NCBI GenBank assembly: GCA_038065555.1
Contig: JBBTQS010000002.1
Location: 26,399 to 90,398 of the forward strand
Source of the DNA: Patescibacteria group bacterium
GTDB lineage: Bacteria; Patescibacteriota; Patescibacteriia; Magasanikbacterales; JBBTQS01
Length of the DNA: 64,000 nt
Reading direction: 5' to 3'
Below, piece after piece: positions 9,813-19,726 of this stretch. The first letter of the stretch is position 1; each line of letters begins with the position of its first letter. The notes below the pieces were generated by a model that worked only from the letters and a program-made list of their open reading frames with translations, searched no databases and was not told the DNA's origin. The position numbers and the translations under genes are program-made.

Positions 9813-10280
9813 ATGGGAAGACCTCTACCATCTCGCCCCGACCCCTCAGCCCTGCGCAACCAAATTCGTTTTGGTAGCTCGATTTCGGATATGGCAGCCA
9901 ATCGCGTGCTCAAGAATGCGAATTTGCCCACGGATCGGCCACTGACACTGCACGAACAAGCAGAGGTTCGACGCAAGGCGGCGCGTATGCAGCGCAATAT
10001 TACGTATGACCGTCGCAAGGAGAACTACGAATCGTACAAAGCAGAAATCGCCGCAGAACAATCTGGCCAAGCCTCACAACAAAAAACGCCCGGTGGTCCG
10101 GTACGTCAGGTGGCTCACGGTGTAGCTGCGCAGGCAGATGCAGCAATGAAAAGTCACGGTGTCAGTGCAAAAAGCGCGGGAACTACAGGACTAGCAGGCG
10201 CACCAGGCGCCATGAAGAAAGCATCGTCACCTGTTCAACCATCAACACCGCCACCGCTACTCAAGGACATCATGTTTTGA
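9813..10280 (+). CDS. Hypothetical low-complexity (Ala/Gln/Lys-rich) protein; coding status uncertain
   Basis: ORF with ATG at 9813 preceded by a TATACT -10-like box; no motif. The 3-prime end overlaps convergent rpe by about 45 nt. Confidence 0.3.
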   Translation: MGRPLPSRPDPSALRNQIRFGSSISDMAANRVLKNANLPTDRPLTLHEQAEVRRKAARMQRNITYDRRKENYESYKAEIAAEQSGQASQQKTPGGPVRQVAHGVAAQADAAMKSHGVSAKSAGTTGLAGAPGAMKKASSPVQPSTPPPLLKDIMF

Positions 10281-10924
10281 TTGAGACGTTCGAGTGTGCC
10301 AACAGGATCAGCAGCACTAAATATTTCACTTGCCATCACGAGTTCATCGGCACCGAGCGCCACCAAGTGCTCGGTGTTGGTTTCGTGCACACCACCATCA
10401 ACGATGAATCGTTGTGATTGAGGGAATGCAGTTCGCACTTGTGTCATGAGTGAGGCGAGCTCTGGCAAATGCATGCGCTGTCCGGAAAATCCAATGTTCT
10501 CGATACCCATAACGAGGTGCCCAGCGGGGGACATGGGCGCAATGACAGCTGCGTAAGGTGCAGGATTGGTGAGTAATCGCCATCCGATAAAAAGTTCTGC
10601 ATTGAGTTGTTTGCATGCTGCGACAATGCGAGCACTATCAAAAGTTGTCGCCTCTGCGTGCACGATCACGCGCGCAACATCTCGCACCCCGGACCAGGAT
10701 TCTAGAACCAGATCAGGTCGGTCAACCATGAGGTGTAATTCCAGACGTGGTCTGGGTTCTGTCCATGATGCGAGTATTGCAGGATCTGCCCATGATGTAC
10801 GCGGAACGAACGATCCGTCACACACATCAATATGCACAACGTCGGTATGACCAGTGCACAGTGCGAGCCGCTCGTGAAAAACCGCTGGGCTGTCTACAAG
10901 AATGGAAGGAATGACCCGCGGCAT
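10235..10924 (-). CDS. rpe: Ribulose-phosphate 3-epimerase
   Basis: HIDVCDGSFVP metal-binding motif and C-terminal GxD/ELVMASEIF TIM-barrel signature. Start trimmed to ATG 10924, 20 nt after the rpiB stop; the ORF-track N-terminal extension overlaps rpiB by about 290 nt. Confidence 0.85.
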   Translation of the reverse strand: MPRVIPSILVDSPAVFHERLALCTGHTDVVHIDVCDGSFVPRTSWADPAILASWTEPRPRLELHLMVDRPDLVLESWSGVRDVARVIVHAEATTFDSARIVAACKQLNAELFIGWRLLTNPAPYAAVIAPMSPAGHLVMGIENIGFSGQRMHLPELASLMTQVRTAFPQSQRFIVDGGVHETNTEHLVALGADELVMASEIFSAADPVGTLERLNQNMMSLSSGGGVDG

Positions 10925-10943
10925 AGCGATTTTGGTTGTAGGA

Positions 10944-11414
10944 TTATTCGCCCGAAGCTTCGATAGCTTCGATTTTTGCAAGACGACGCTTGAAACGACC
11001 TTCTTCTGTGAAAGGAGTCTCGAGCCAAATGCGTGTGATGGCGCGCGCGTATTCGTGGGAGAGCACTTTGCCAGCAAGACAGAGAATATTGGTGTTGTCG
11101 TCTGAGCGCATGGTGCGTGCTGCGAGTGTGTTGTATCCGATTCCTGCGCGGATTCCCTTGAACTTGTTGGCTGCAATGCAGACGCCGATGCCGTTGGCAC
11201 AGATGAGGATGCCGAAATTGGTTTTGCCACGTCGGACCTTCTTCACTACTTTTTCGGCAATATCTGGGAAGTCGTCGTCAGCAACCATGGTAGCGGAACC
11301 CACGTCTTCGATCTCAAAAGGAGCGATACCATTAACGGTTTGCTCGGAGAGATGTTTGATGAGGTCGGCTTTGAGATCGAATCCCGCGTGATCCGCGCCG
11401 ATGTAGATCTTCAT
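10944..11414 (-). CDS. rpiB: Ribose-5-phosphate isomerase B
   Basis: MKIYIGADHAGFDLK N-terminus and NTNILCLAG motif of the RpiB/LacAB family. Confidence 0.9.
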   Translation of the reverse strand: MKIYIGADHAGFDLKADLIKHLSEQTVNGIAPFEIEDVGSATMVADDDFPDIAEKVVKKVRRGKTNFGILICANGIGVCIAANKFKGIRAGIGYNTLAARTMRSDDNTNILCLAGKVLSHEYARAITRIWLETPFTEEGRFKRRLAKIEAIEASGE

Positions 11415-11463
11415 ATAGGGGTGTGTTCAAGATGAAAATAGTATAGCACAGGTTGGGGTGGAG

Positions 11464-11492
11464 TTGACATTCCTGGCCAGAATTGCTATATT
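11464..11492 (+). promoter_or_regulatory. Near-consensus sigma70-type promoter (TTGACA, 17 nt, TATATT) driving the two-gene island
   Basis: Exact TTGACA -35, 17-nt spacer and TATATT -10, followed by an AGGAGG RBS 5 nt before the ATG at 11565. Confidence 0.5.
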
Positions 11493-11564
11493 TCATCGTC
11501 ATTTGCGACGTCGTGTCGCAGGTGTTCAATCGCAAAACCAGCAGAAATGCAAGAGGAGGTGTCT

Positions 11565-12236
11565 ATGTTGGCACATTGCTGGACCGCGACGGATCTGGGT
11601 ATTCGACACGGAGTTCATCTCGTGGACAGAGGTGATGGATGGCCGCACATTCCACTGGGCATTCCCGGTGCAGACGAGCGCAGCGAGCGGCGGTTCGATC
11701 TCATCGTCGATTCGCAGTATTCTCCACCGTTCTACGGGGAGATGGGCGATGATCTTCGGGAGGTCGCCGTGTTCGGGGACAAGAATTTCGTTAAGCTCGC
11801 ACATCCCAGCCTGCTCAACAAGGATGAGAAGGAGGTCGACTACGTGCTGCTGTTCGTCGATACCCGATGTACGAACGTGCAGCCAATGATCGATGGCTGC
11901 TTCAAGTTCCATACAGGCTCGCTTCGCGGCAAGACGGCGCGAGTCGTTGGCCGGATCGGGCATGGTACGTACAACGATGGTGGCTATCGGTGGCAGCACC
12001 TGGCCATTGCATTGCCTCCAGGGAGCGCGGTGTGCATTCGGTTCGCCGGTGGTGAGACCGAGAACACGTTCTTCCATGAGCCGTACCCACTGCTCGAGCG
12101 GATGCGGCTCGTGGAGATGAGCAAGGCCGACTGGCGGCGACGTCTGGGACGCAATGCGCGCCACGCGGCAGTTCTGGAGCAAGAGCGTGCGCGATTGGGT
12201 GCGTGGCGGTACCCGCAGGCGGAGGCTGGTCAGTAG
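11565..12236 (+). CDS. Hypothetical protein (island gene 1), no recognisable domain
   Basis: Strong RBS. Codon usage (GTC, CTC, GAG, GAC, CGG preferred) differs from flanking housekeeping genes (GTG, TTG, GAA, CGT). Confidence 0.55.
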   Translation: MLAHCWTATDLGIRHGVHLVDRGDGWPHIPLGIPGADERSERRFDLIVDSQYSPPFYGEMGDDLREVAVFGDKNFVKLAHPSLLNKDEKEVDYVLLFVDTRCTNVQPMIDGCFKFHTGSLRGKTARVVGRIGHGTYNDGGYRWQHLAIALPPGSAVCIRFAGGETENTFFHEPYPLLERMRLVEMSKADWRRRLGRNARHAAVLEQERARLGAWRYPQAEAGQ

Positions 12237-12417
12237 ACTGGCTTCGCGACGTCGCGCACAACAACACAACGCCAACACACCCTCGGATCAACACGGTCCG
12301 GGGGTGCGTTCTTTTGCAGGTTGACTTTTTTGGTAGATTTGGTCTACTGGTGGCAGCACGAATGGTTCGAGGCTCGTGCACGATCTGTGCGCACAACCAC
12401 CGAAAGGGAGAGTAAGC

Positions 12418-13677
12418 ATGGCAAGACGACGTGGGAGTAATCCACCGCCGAATCCTCCTCCAGATGATGAACGCGGGTTCCTGGAGCGATTGGCCTGGGA
12501 AATCTTCTGCGACTGGGATTTCCTGTCCGTCATGGGTAAGCTGGTCGCCGCGGTATTTGTTGCGGTGTGGATGGGCTTCTTCGGGAAGGATGATCCACCC
12601 GAGCCTGAGACATCGGTCGAGCAGACCACGACTCCAGTCGAGGCAACAGTCACGACGCCAATCGAGAACCTCAAGGACTGGAAAATCCAGGATGTACGGA
12701 CCCCGGACGAAGTCGACAAGCAACTCGCGGTCGAGTTCAGTGTGTGTTTGCTCGGGCAAGGACTCGCGCAACGCACCTCGGACATCGAGTTCTGGTTCGA
12801 AAGAACTCTCGCGACAACGCGTCCACTCTCGCTCCGACGAGAGGGTCAGGGAATCGTGAGTCGGTTTTGTTCCAGTGCGTTCACCCTTGCATCATCCATC
12901 GAGATGAGGGAGGTGTGGCGCTACGGAATTTCGCCGACTGACTCGTTGGCGATCACCGCTTTGCCATATAGTTGGGAGTGGTGGTCGCGTCCAGTTGGCA
13001 CACCGGAGTGGAGACTCCTGGGGGAAGTACCTGGGACAGGGATGACGAAAGTCGTCGCGGTCTACGGCCCTTTTCCCGAAGTGCGACAAGGAGAATCCGT
13101 CATCACACCGCAGGCTTCGTCCGGGACAGCGACACCGGATCAGCCCAGCAGTGCACCTGTTCAGGTCTACCGTATCGGAGATATTCGAACGCCCAAACAG
13201 CGCGAGCGCGGCGCAAAGGTGGAATTCGCCTTCTGTCTCGAAGAGGTAGAGCGAAAGCGTCGCAAGAGTATTACGCTCTACTTCGGTAGGACTGGTGAGC
13301 AGGTTCGAGATCTGACGCTTGTTCGTGAGAAGACTGAGGGCGGCGACATGTTCTTTTGCTCGAAGTCGTTCGTTCTCTCTTCTGAGAAGGCGATGATGGA
13401 AGATTGGGTGTATGAAATTGCAGCAGCACAACGCGCTGATTTGCAAGAGCAACCGCCCAAAATGGTGTGGTGGACCAGGGTGCGGAACTCTGGGAGTGAT
13501 TGGACGCCAATCGCGACCCACCATTTCGATGTACACAGGAGTCACGCCTTTCGCGTGAGCTACACCATGACGTCCCCGACGCACAGTAGTAGCGGGGCAA
13601 AGCCGAAAGCGAAGAAGATCAAGCCGTTGGCCACAAAGAAGGAGTCTTTCCAGATTAAAGGGCTCGGCGCGATTTGA
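12418..13677 (+). CDS. Hypothetical membrane-anchored protein (island gene 2) with two tandem copies of an uncharacterised roughly 130-aa domain
   Basis: RBS AAGGGAGAG. N-terminal TM helix (LSVMGKLVAAVFVAVWMGFFG), Thr/Pro linker, then two repeats sharing the pattern TP..EF..CL...W..RT...L.R...G...FCS.F.L.SS.EM.E.W.YEI...W.W. Confidence 0.6.
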   Translation: MARRRGSNPPPNPPPDDERGFLERLAWEIFCDWDFLSVMGKLVAAVFVAVWMGFFGKDDPPEPETSVEQTTTPVEATVTTPIENLKDWKIQDVRTPDEVDKQLAVEFSVCLLGQGLAQRTSDIEFWFERTLATTRPLSLRREGQGIVSRFCSSAFTLASSIEMREVWRYGISPTDSLAITALPYSWEWWSRPVGTPEWRLLGEVPGTGMTKVVAVYGPFPEVRQGESVITPQASSGTATPDQPSSAPVQVYRIGDIRTPKQRERGAKVEFAFCLEEVERKRRKSITLYFGRTGEQVRDLTLVREKTEGGDMFFCSKSFVLSSEKAMMEDWVYEIAAAQRADLQEQPPKMVWWTRVRNSGSDWTPIATHHFDVHRSHAFRVSYTMTSPTHSSSGAKPKAKKIKPLATKKESFQIKGLGAI

Positions 13678-13693
13678 TCACCAACCAACACGG

Positions 13694-13731
13694 ACTCCGG
13701 TTACCAACAAGGTAGCCGGAGTACTGTTTTT
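13694..13731 (+). terminator. Rho-independent terminator closing the island
   Basis: Stem ACTCCGGTTACC/GGTAGCCGGAGT followed by ACTGTTTTT. Confidence 0.5.
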
Positions 13732-13762
13732 ACTAGACAAAATCACGGATTTCGCGGTAAAG

Positions 13763-16702
13763 TTGGATATATCTGAACTGACTATGCCTACCGCGCCGTT
13801 TGCACAATGGGAGAAGGAAATCGCTCAATACTGGGATGATTCTGATGCGTTCAAGAAGTCGCTCGAGCTTCGACGCGCTGGGAAGCCGTATGTTTTTTAT
13901 GATGGCCCTCCTTTTGCGACTGGGCTGCCTCATTATGGGCATTTGTTGGCGTCTACAATCAAGGATATTTTCCCACGGTTTGAGACCATGCGCGGACGGT
14001 ATGTGGAACGCGTGTGGGGTTGGGATTGTCACGGATTGCCGATTGAGAACATTGTAGAGAAGGATCGTCAGCTTGCGACCAAGAAGGATATCGAAGCGTT
14101 CGGCGTGGCAGCGTTCAATGACGCATGCCGCGACACCGTGCTCACGTACGCAGGAGAGTGGAAAAAAACGATTCGCAGACTCGGACGTTGGGTCGACATG
14201 GATCGCGCGTACAAAACCATGGATACCACGTTCATGGAATCAACGTGGTGGGTCTTTGCGCAATTGTGGAAGAAGGGGCTCATCTACGAAGGACACAAGG
14301 CAATGCATATTTGTCCACGATGTGTGACGCCGCTGTCTAATTTTGAAGTTGCACAAGGATATAAGGATGTGAAGGATCTCAGTGCTACGGCGAAATTCCG
14401 CGTACGCAATGCGAGCGAAAAGCTCGGTGTCGAAGGTGATGTGCGCGTGCTTGCGTGGACCACAACACCATGGACATTTCCAGGAAATGTGTTGCTTGCG
14501 GTGGGTGCGGAGATTGTGTATGCCGTGGTGAAGATCGAAGGTGATGAGACAGTGTATATTGCTGCGAAGGAGCGTCTCAATGAGATGATCGACAACAAGA
14601 AGTACGAAGTGGTGCGTGAGTTGCCTGGCTCTGCGCTTGTTGGTCTGACGTATGAACCGCTCTTCTCATACTATGCGTCGACGCCTAACGCGTTTCGCGT
14701 CGTTGCAGCAGATTTCGTGACCACAGAGAGTGGTACTGGCGTGGTGCACATTGCACCGGCATTTGGTGAAGATGACTACAATGTAGGCAAACGTGAAGAC
14801 GTGGGGATGGTGCAGCACGTGGGGATGGACGGCGTGTTCCGTCCCGAAGTCACAGACTTCGCCGGGCGTGAAGTGAAACCCAAAGATGATCCAACAGCAA
14901 CTGATGTCGAGATCATCAAATGGCTTGCGCATCATGACGCGCTCTTTTCCAAGGCGAAGTATGAGCATAGCTATCCGCATTGCTGGCGTTGTGATACGCC
15001 ACTGCTCAACTACACAACGAGTAGTTGGTTCGTGAAGGTGACGCACCTCACGGATGATTTGCTTGCGACCAATGAGAAGACGCACTGGGTGCCAGGACAC
15101 ATCAAGGACGGACGATTCGGAAAGTGGCTTGAGGGTGCTCGCGACTGGGCAGTGTCTCGTAATCGATTCTGGGGAACGCCATTGCCAATATGGAAGTCTG
15201 AAGATGGTGATGTGCTGTGCTTTGGGTCGGTCGCAGAGCTCGAGGAAGCATGTGGAAAACCTGTGGACGATTTGCACAAGCAACATGTGGACGCAATTGT
15301 GATCGAAAAAGATGGAAAGACATACCGTCGCATACCAGAAGTACTCGACTGCTGGTTCGAGTCTGGTTCGATGCCGTACGGACAGTTGCATTATCCATTC
15401 GAGAATAAGGCGAAGTTTGAGGCAGGATTTCCTGCAGAATTTATTGGCGAAGGTCAGGATCAGACGCGTGGTTGGTTCTACACGTTGCATGTACTTGCAA
15501 CAGCGCTCACGCGTGGAGAGAATCCATCGATCACTGTGGAAGGTGGAATGGTTCCTGCGTTTCGTAACGTCATTGTTAACGGTATTATTCTTGCCGAGGA
15601 TGGCAAGAAAATGTCCAAGCGCCTGAAGAACTATCCAGATCCTGTGGAGATTGTTGAGAAGTATTCTGCGGATGCACTTCGCTGGTATCTCGCTGCATCT
15701 CCTGTGGTACGTGCGGAGGAGCTGCGATTCTCCGAGCGCGAAGTGGACGAAGTCTACAAGAAGACCATGCTCATCTTCTGGAACGTTGTAGAATTCTTGC
15801 AGCTCTACACCAAGGATGGTGCGCTTGCAGGTGGAACCGTGGCTGGCACAGGAAATGTGCTCGACCGCTGGATTATGGCGCGCTTGCACCAACTCACCGG
15901 TACGGTAACGCGCTCACTCGAAGCGTACGATTTGGTTACGGCAACGCATAGCATCGCAGATTTCATCACCGAGTTGTCGCAGTGGTATGTGCGTCGTTCG
16001 CGTGATCGATTCAAGGAACCTACGGACGACGCGCGCGCAGCTGCAGCAACACTGCACGATGTTGTAATGACGGTTGCGAAGTTGATGGCACCGTTTGCGC
16101 CGTTCATTAGTGAGAAGGCGTACATGACACTCGGTGGCGAGAAGGCGTCGGTGCATCATGAGGATTGGCCGACAGCAGGAGCAGTAGATGCTGGTGTTAT
16201 TGAACAGATGGAGAGCGCGCGCAAGATTGTAGAAATGGGACTTGCAGCGCGCGCAGAGGCGAAGATGAAGATTCGTCAGCCGCTTGCAGCACTCCATGTC
16301 ACCGGTGTTGCGGTAGATGCCGCATTTGCAGAAATCATTGCTGATGAATTGAATGTGAAGGTAGTGGATGCTTCGACGGATGAATCTGGTATCACCAAGG
16401 AAGCCGCTGGAATTCGCATTGTGCTTGATATCACAATCACGGATAGCTTGCGCCAAGAAGGTGTTGCGCGTGAGTTGGTTCGCGCTATTAATGAGCAGCG
16501 CAAGCAACTCGGATTCACGATTGCCGATCACGCTGTGGTGTCCGTAGCGAGTGAGTCATCGTGGTTGCGCGATGCGATTGCAGCACATATGAATACCATG
16601 AGTACTCAGGCGCGGGCAACGATCACTGTGCAGGCCGAAGTTGCTGGTGAACCAACGCTCATCTTCGATGAAGGTGCTGTGCATATTACTGTAACGAAAT
16701 AA
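13763..16702 (+). CDS. ileS: Isoleucyl-tRNA synthetase (eukaryote/archaeal-like type)
   Basis: PPFATGLPHYGH (HIGH-class motif), KMSKRLKNYPDP (KMSKS), CP1 editing region, 979 aa. Confidence 0.9.
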   Translation: MDISELTMPTAPFAQWEKEIAQYWDDSDAFKKSLELRRAGKPYVFYDGPPFATGLPHYGHLLASTIKDIFPRFETMRGRYVERVWGWDCHGLPIENIVEKDRQLATKKDIEAFGVAAFNDACRDTVLTYAGEWKKTIRRLGRWVDMDRAYKTMDTTFMESTWWVFAQLWKKGLIYEGHKAMHICPRCVTPLSNFEVAQGYKDVKDLSATAKFRVRNASEKLGVEGDVRVLAWTTTPWTFPGNVLLAVGAEIVYAVVKIEGDETVYIAAKERLNEMIDNKKYEVVRELPGSALVGLTYEPLFSYYASTPNAFRVVAADFVTTESGTGVVHIAPAFGEDDYNVGKREDVGMVQHVGMDGVFRPEVTDFAGREVKPKDDPTATDVEIIKWLAHHDALFSKAKYEHSYPHCWRCDTPLLNYTTSSWFVKVTHLTDDLLATNEKTHWVPGHIKDGRFGKWLEGARDWAVSRNRFWGTPLPIWKSEDGDVLCFGSVAELEEACGKPVDDLHKQHVDAIVIEKDGKTYRRIPEVLDCWFESGSMPYGQLHYPFENKAKFEAGFPAEFIGEGQDQTRGWFYTLHVLATALTRGENPSITVEGGMVPAFRNVIVNGIILAEDGKKMSKRLKNYPDPVEIVEKYSADALRWYLAASPVVRAEELRFSEREVDEVYKKTMLIFWNVVEFLQLYTKDGALAGGTVAGTGNVLDRWIMARLHQLTGTVTRSLEAYDLVTATHSIADFITELSQWYVRRSRDRFKEPTDDARAAAATLHDVVMTVAKLMAPFAPFISEKAYMTLGGEKASVHHEDWPTAGAVDAGVIEQMESARKIVEMGLAARAEAKMKIRQPLAALHVTGVAVDAAFAEIIADELNVKVVDASTDESGITKEAAGIRIVLDITITDSLRQEGVARELVRAINEQRKQLGFTIADHAVVSVASESSWLRDAIAAHMNTMSTQARATITVQAEVAGEPTLIFDEGAVHITVTK

Positions 16703-16706
16703 ATCT

Positions 16707-18164
16707 ATGCAGTGGACCATTCGTACTGCGCCGCTACCATCAGAGATTTTGCCACTGCTTGTTGTTCCTGTTTTTACGGGGGACAAGGCGCTCAAGGATT
16801 ATCCTGTCGTGAGTGAGGATTTTGATGCAAAATTTGGCAAAACACAGCTCCTGTATACCGATCCAGGTATGGGTGCAGCACGTGTGTTGTTGGTGGGGCT
16901 GGGTGAGCGAAAAGCGTTCAACATCATTCGCCTACAGCGTGCGTTAGGTATTGCAACAATCACTGCGCAGAGCAAGAAGCTCAGTACATTCGGTATTCTC
17001 ATGCACGAGGCGTTCTTCAAGAAGTGCAAGCCGTTGGAGTTGGGTGAGCATATTGCGCGTGCAGTGAAGGGGGCGGCGTATAGTTATGACGCATACAAGA
17101 GTAACGAGGAGCGACATGTACCTGCGGTTGAGGCTGTGACGTTGTTGCAAGTTCCAGCAGTGCGTCGCACCGCGATTGAACGGGGACTGGTTGCCGGAAC
17201 GAGCATTGCAAATGCGATTGCACTCGTGCGCGACCTGGGCAACACGCCACCAATGATCATGACACCAACCAAGTTGGCAGAAGCTGCGATGGATGTAGCG
17301 TCTGAGTATCCCAAGACTGTGAAGTGTGAAGTCATGGATCGCGAGCAGATGCTCGAGCTCGGTATGGGCGGAGTGCTCGGTGTGGCAGCAGGATCGGCAG
17401 AACCGCCGAAGTTCATCATCATGGAGTACAACAATACACCAAAGGCTGGCGCGCCGATTGTGCTCGTGGGCAAGGGGATTACCTTTGACTCTGGTGGAAT
17501 TTCGATCAAACCTGCGGACAAAATGGATGAGATGAAGTTCGATATGCTCGGCGGTGCGACGGTGATCGGCACGATCGCAGCTATTGCCGCATTACAATTG
17601 CGCGTGCGTGTTATTGGTCTCATTCCTGCAACAGAAAACTTGCCAGGTGGGAGTGCGTATCGACCAGGAGATATTTTGCGCACAATGAGTGGTAAGACGA
17701 TCGAAGTACTGAATACGGATGCTGAGGGGCGCATTATTCTTGCTGATGCATTGTCGTATGCAACAACACTCAAGCCACGCATGTGCGTGGATCTCGCAAC
17801 ACTCACGGGTGCGTGTGTTGTAGCGCTTGGTACTGAGCGCGCAGGACTCTTCAGTCAGGATACAAAAGTAGTGAACCTCATCGAGGCAGCGGCAGCATAT
17901 ACGGGAGATCAGGTGTGGCGTATGCCGCTGGGCGAGGAGTATAGCGAAGCGATTGTCTCGGAGATTGCTGATGTGAAGAATATTAGTGGCCGAGATGGTA
18001 GCTCGAGCGCAGCTGCTGCATTTCTTGCAGAGTTCGTGGACTATCCATGGGCGCATCTGGATATTGCGGGGACTGCATGGAATATGAAATCCAAGCCGTG
18101 GTTGCGTGCAGGAGCAACAGGTCACGGAGTGCACCTCATGGTGGAATTTCTTCGCAACGTATGA
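16707..18164 (+). CDS. pepA: Leucyl aminopeptidase (M17)
   Basis: NTDAEGRIILADAL active-site signature and VGKGITFDSGG motif. Confidence 0.9.
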   Translation: MQWTIRTAPLPSEILPLLVVPVFTGDKALKDYPVVSEDFDAKFGKTQLLYTDPGMGAARVLLVGLGERKAFNIIRLQRALGIATITAQSKKLSTFGILMHEAFFKKCKPLELGEHIARAVKGAAYSYDAYKSNEERHVPAVEAVTLLQVPAVRRTAIERGLVAGTSIANAIALVRDLGNTPPMIMTPTKLAEAAMDVASEYPKTVKCEVMDREQMLELGMGGVLGVAAGSAEPPKFIIMEYNNTPKAGAPIVLVGKGITFDSGGISIKPADKMDEMKFDMLGGATVIGTIAAIAALQLRVRVIGLIPATENLPGGSAYRPGDILRTMSGKTIEVLNTDAEGRIILADALSYATTLKPRMCVDLATLTGACVVALGTERAGLFSQDTKVVNLIEAAAAYTGDQVWRMPLGEEYSEAIVSEIADVKNISGRDGSSSAAAAFLAEFVDYPWAHLDIAGTAWNMKSKPWLRAGATGHGVHLMVEFLRNV

Positions 18165-18748
18165 TCGTGCGCATCACAGGCGAAGTGGTAGAAAAGAGCG
18201 AAGCTGCGCTTGTGATACTTGCTGGAGGGCTCGGATATGAGGTGCTTGTGAATCCATCGGTTATCGAAGTCGCTCGCGTGGGAGAGTCGATCACACTCTC
18301 GACGTATTTCTCGATTCGAGAAAGTTCGCAGGAGCTCTTCGGGTTCACTTCGCGTGATTCATTAGGTCTCTTCAAACAACTGATTACTATTAGTGGTGTT
18401 GGTCCCAAGACTGCGCTGCATATTTTGTCACTTGGATCTGTTGAGGAGCTCACCGGTGCGATTAGTCGAGGAGACTTGGGGTATCTCACGAAGGTTGCGG
18501 GCGTGGGCAAGAAGACTGCGGAGCGCATTGTTGTGGAGCTTAAGGGCAAAGTTGCAGCAGTGAGCGCGACAACAGCGATGGCAGGTGGTAATACAGATGG
18601 CACAGCAGATCTCGTGGAGTTGCTTGCACAAATGGGGTATTCGCCAGAGGAAGCGCGTGATGCTGCGCGACACGCGATGGTGCTCTTGCCCGAAGCGTCG
18701 CTCGAAGTTCGGTTGCGCGCGGCGTTGCAATCTCTGGCGCGATCATAG
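18161..18748 (+). CDS. ruvA: Holliday junction DNA helicase RuvA
   Basis: OB-fold N-terminus, tandem HhH (ISGVGPKTALHIL, VAGVGKKTAERIV), C-terminal RuvB-interaction helix. ATGA start/stop overlap with pepA. Confidence 0.9.
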   Translation: MIVRITGEVVEKSEAALVILAGGLGYEVLVNPSVIEVARVGESITLSTYFSIRESSQELFGFTSRDSLGLFKQLITISGVGPKTALHILSLGSVEELTGAISRGDLGYLTKVAGVGKKTAERIVVELKGKVAAVSATTAMAGGNTDGTADLVELLAQMGYSPEEARDAARHAMVLLPEASLEVRLRAALQSLARS

Positions 18749-18751
18749 TCT

Positions 18752-19648
18752 ATGTCTCGATCCTTCCTCCAATCTTCTCAGTGGCTGCATTTCCTAGCAA
18801 CTGAAGGTCAGCAGATTCATGGTCAGCCACCTGAGTGGCAGTGGGTTGCGCGAAGTCTTGGGGTTTTTGGTACGTTTTGGTACGGCGGGCTGGTGCGCGG
18901 TGGTGGCGAAGATGTCACCCGTACGATACGTGAGGCACGTGCATCGGGGGCGATATTTCTGCGTGTGTCACCAGCTGATACAGAGACGTTCGATGCATTG
19001 GTGCTGTCTGCGCCGCGGATTGTTCGGGTGAGTGACGCACAGCCATCCACATCGTTGGTATTGGATTTGCGACCTGACGAAGCCACGCTCCTGAGCCAGT
19101 TCAAAACCAAAACGCGTTACAACATTGGCGTTGCGCAGCGACATGGTGTGCGTGTGGAAGTAGTACGCGCGCCGCTTGACGCTGAGACATTTGCGAAGGT
19201 GTGGGAGTTGTACGCAGACACAGCAAAGCGACATGGTATTCGTAATCATCCGCGTGCACACTACGAACAAGCGCCAGGTGAGTGGGTGTTGGCATGGCTC
19301 GGGGATGAGTTACTCAACGCGCATTTCTGTGTTGGGTATGATGGTGTGTATACCTATTTGTATGGCGCGTCGTCTGCAGCGCATAAGGATGTGATGGCGT
19401 CGTATCTCACGCAGTGGGTTACTATTCAACATGCGAAAAGTGCGGGGTACACTCACTATGATTTTTGGGGCATTGCGCCTGCAACTGCTGATGCGTCGCA
19501 TCCCTATCATGGGATCACGCGGTTCAAGGTGGGATTTGGTGGCGATGTTGTATCGTATCCAGGCACGTTTGAGATTCCTGTTGCACGCGGGCGTTACGCC
19601 TTGTATCGCGTTGCAAAATTAGTGCGATCATTGCTGCGAGGTAAATAG
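18752..19648 (+). CDS. FemAB-family peptidoglycan bridge aminoacyltransferase (FemX/MurM-like)
   Basis: Acyl-CoA N-acyltransferase-like tandem fold with TKTRYNIG and FKVGFGG motifs typical of the FemABX family. Confidence 0.8.
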   Translation: MSRSFLQSSQWLHFLATEGQQIHGQPPEWQWVARSLGVFGTFWYGGLVRGGGEDVTRTIREARASGAIFLRVSPADTETFDALVLSAPRIVRVSDAQPSTSLVLDLRPDEATLLSQFKTKTRYNIGVAQRHGVRVEVVRAPLDAETFAKVWELYADTAKRHGIRNHPRAHYEQAPGEWVLAWLGDELLNAHFCVGYDGVYTYLYGASSAAHKDVMASYLTQWVTIQHAKSAGYTHYDFWGIAPATADASHPYHGITRFKVGFGGDVVSYPGTFEIPVARGRYALYRVAKLVRSLLRGK

Positions 19649-19654
19649 CAAATC

Positions 19655-19726
19655 GCCTTCGTCGTTCAATGGATAGGACACAGGTTTCCGGTACCTGTGA
19701 TAGAGGTTCGATTCCTCTCGAGGGCA
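19655..19726 (+). tRNA. tRNA-Arg (anticodon CCG)
   Basis: Hand-folded cloverleaf: 7-bp acceptor GCCTTCG/CGAGGGC (one G-U pair), D-stem GTTC/GGAC, anticodon stem CAGGT/ACCTG with loop TTCCGGT, T-arm AGAGG-TTCGATT-CCTCT, discriminator A, no encoded CCA. Confidence 0.85.

Noticed and set aside
10925-11230. N-terminal 102-residue extension of the rpe ORF
   Set aside because: Overlaps rpiB by about 290 nt in another frame and has low-complexity Ser/Thr/Ala composition. The conserved Rpe sequence begins at the internal Met.
11902-12785. Minus-strand ORFs of 289 and 165 aa inside the first island
   Set aside because: Antisense to the two plus-strand island genes, which have a promoter, RBSs and a terminator. 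High GC inflates antisense ORF length.
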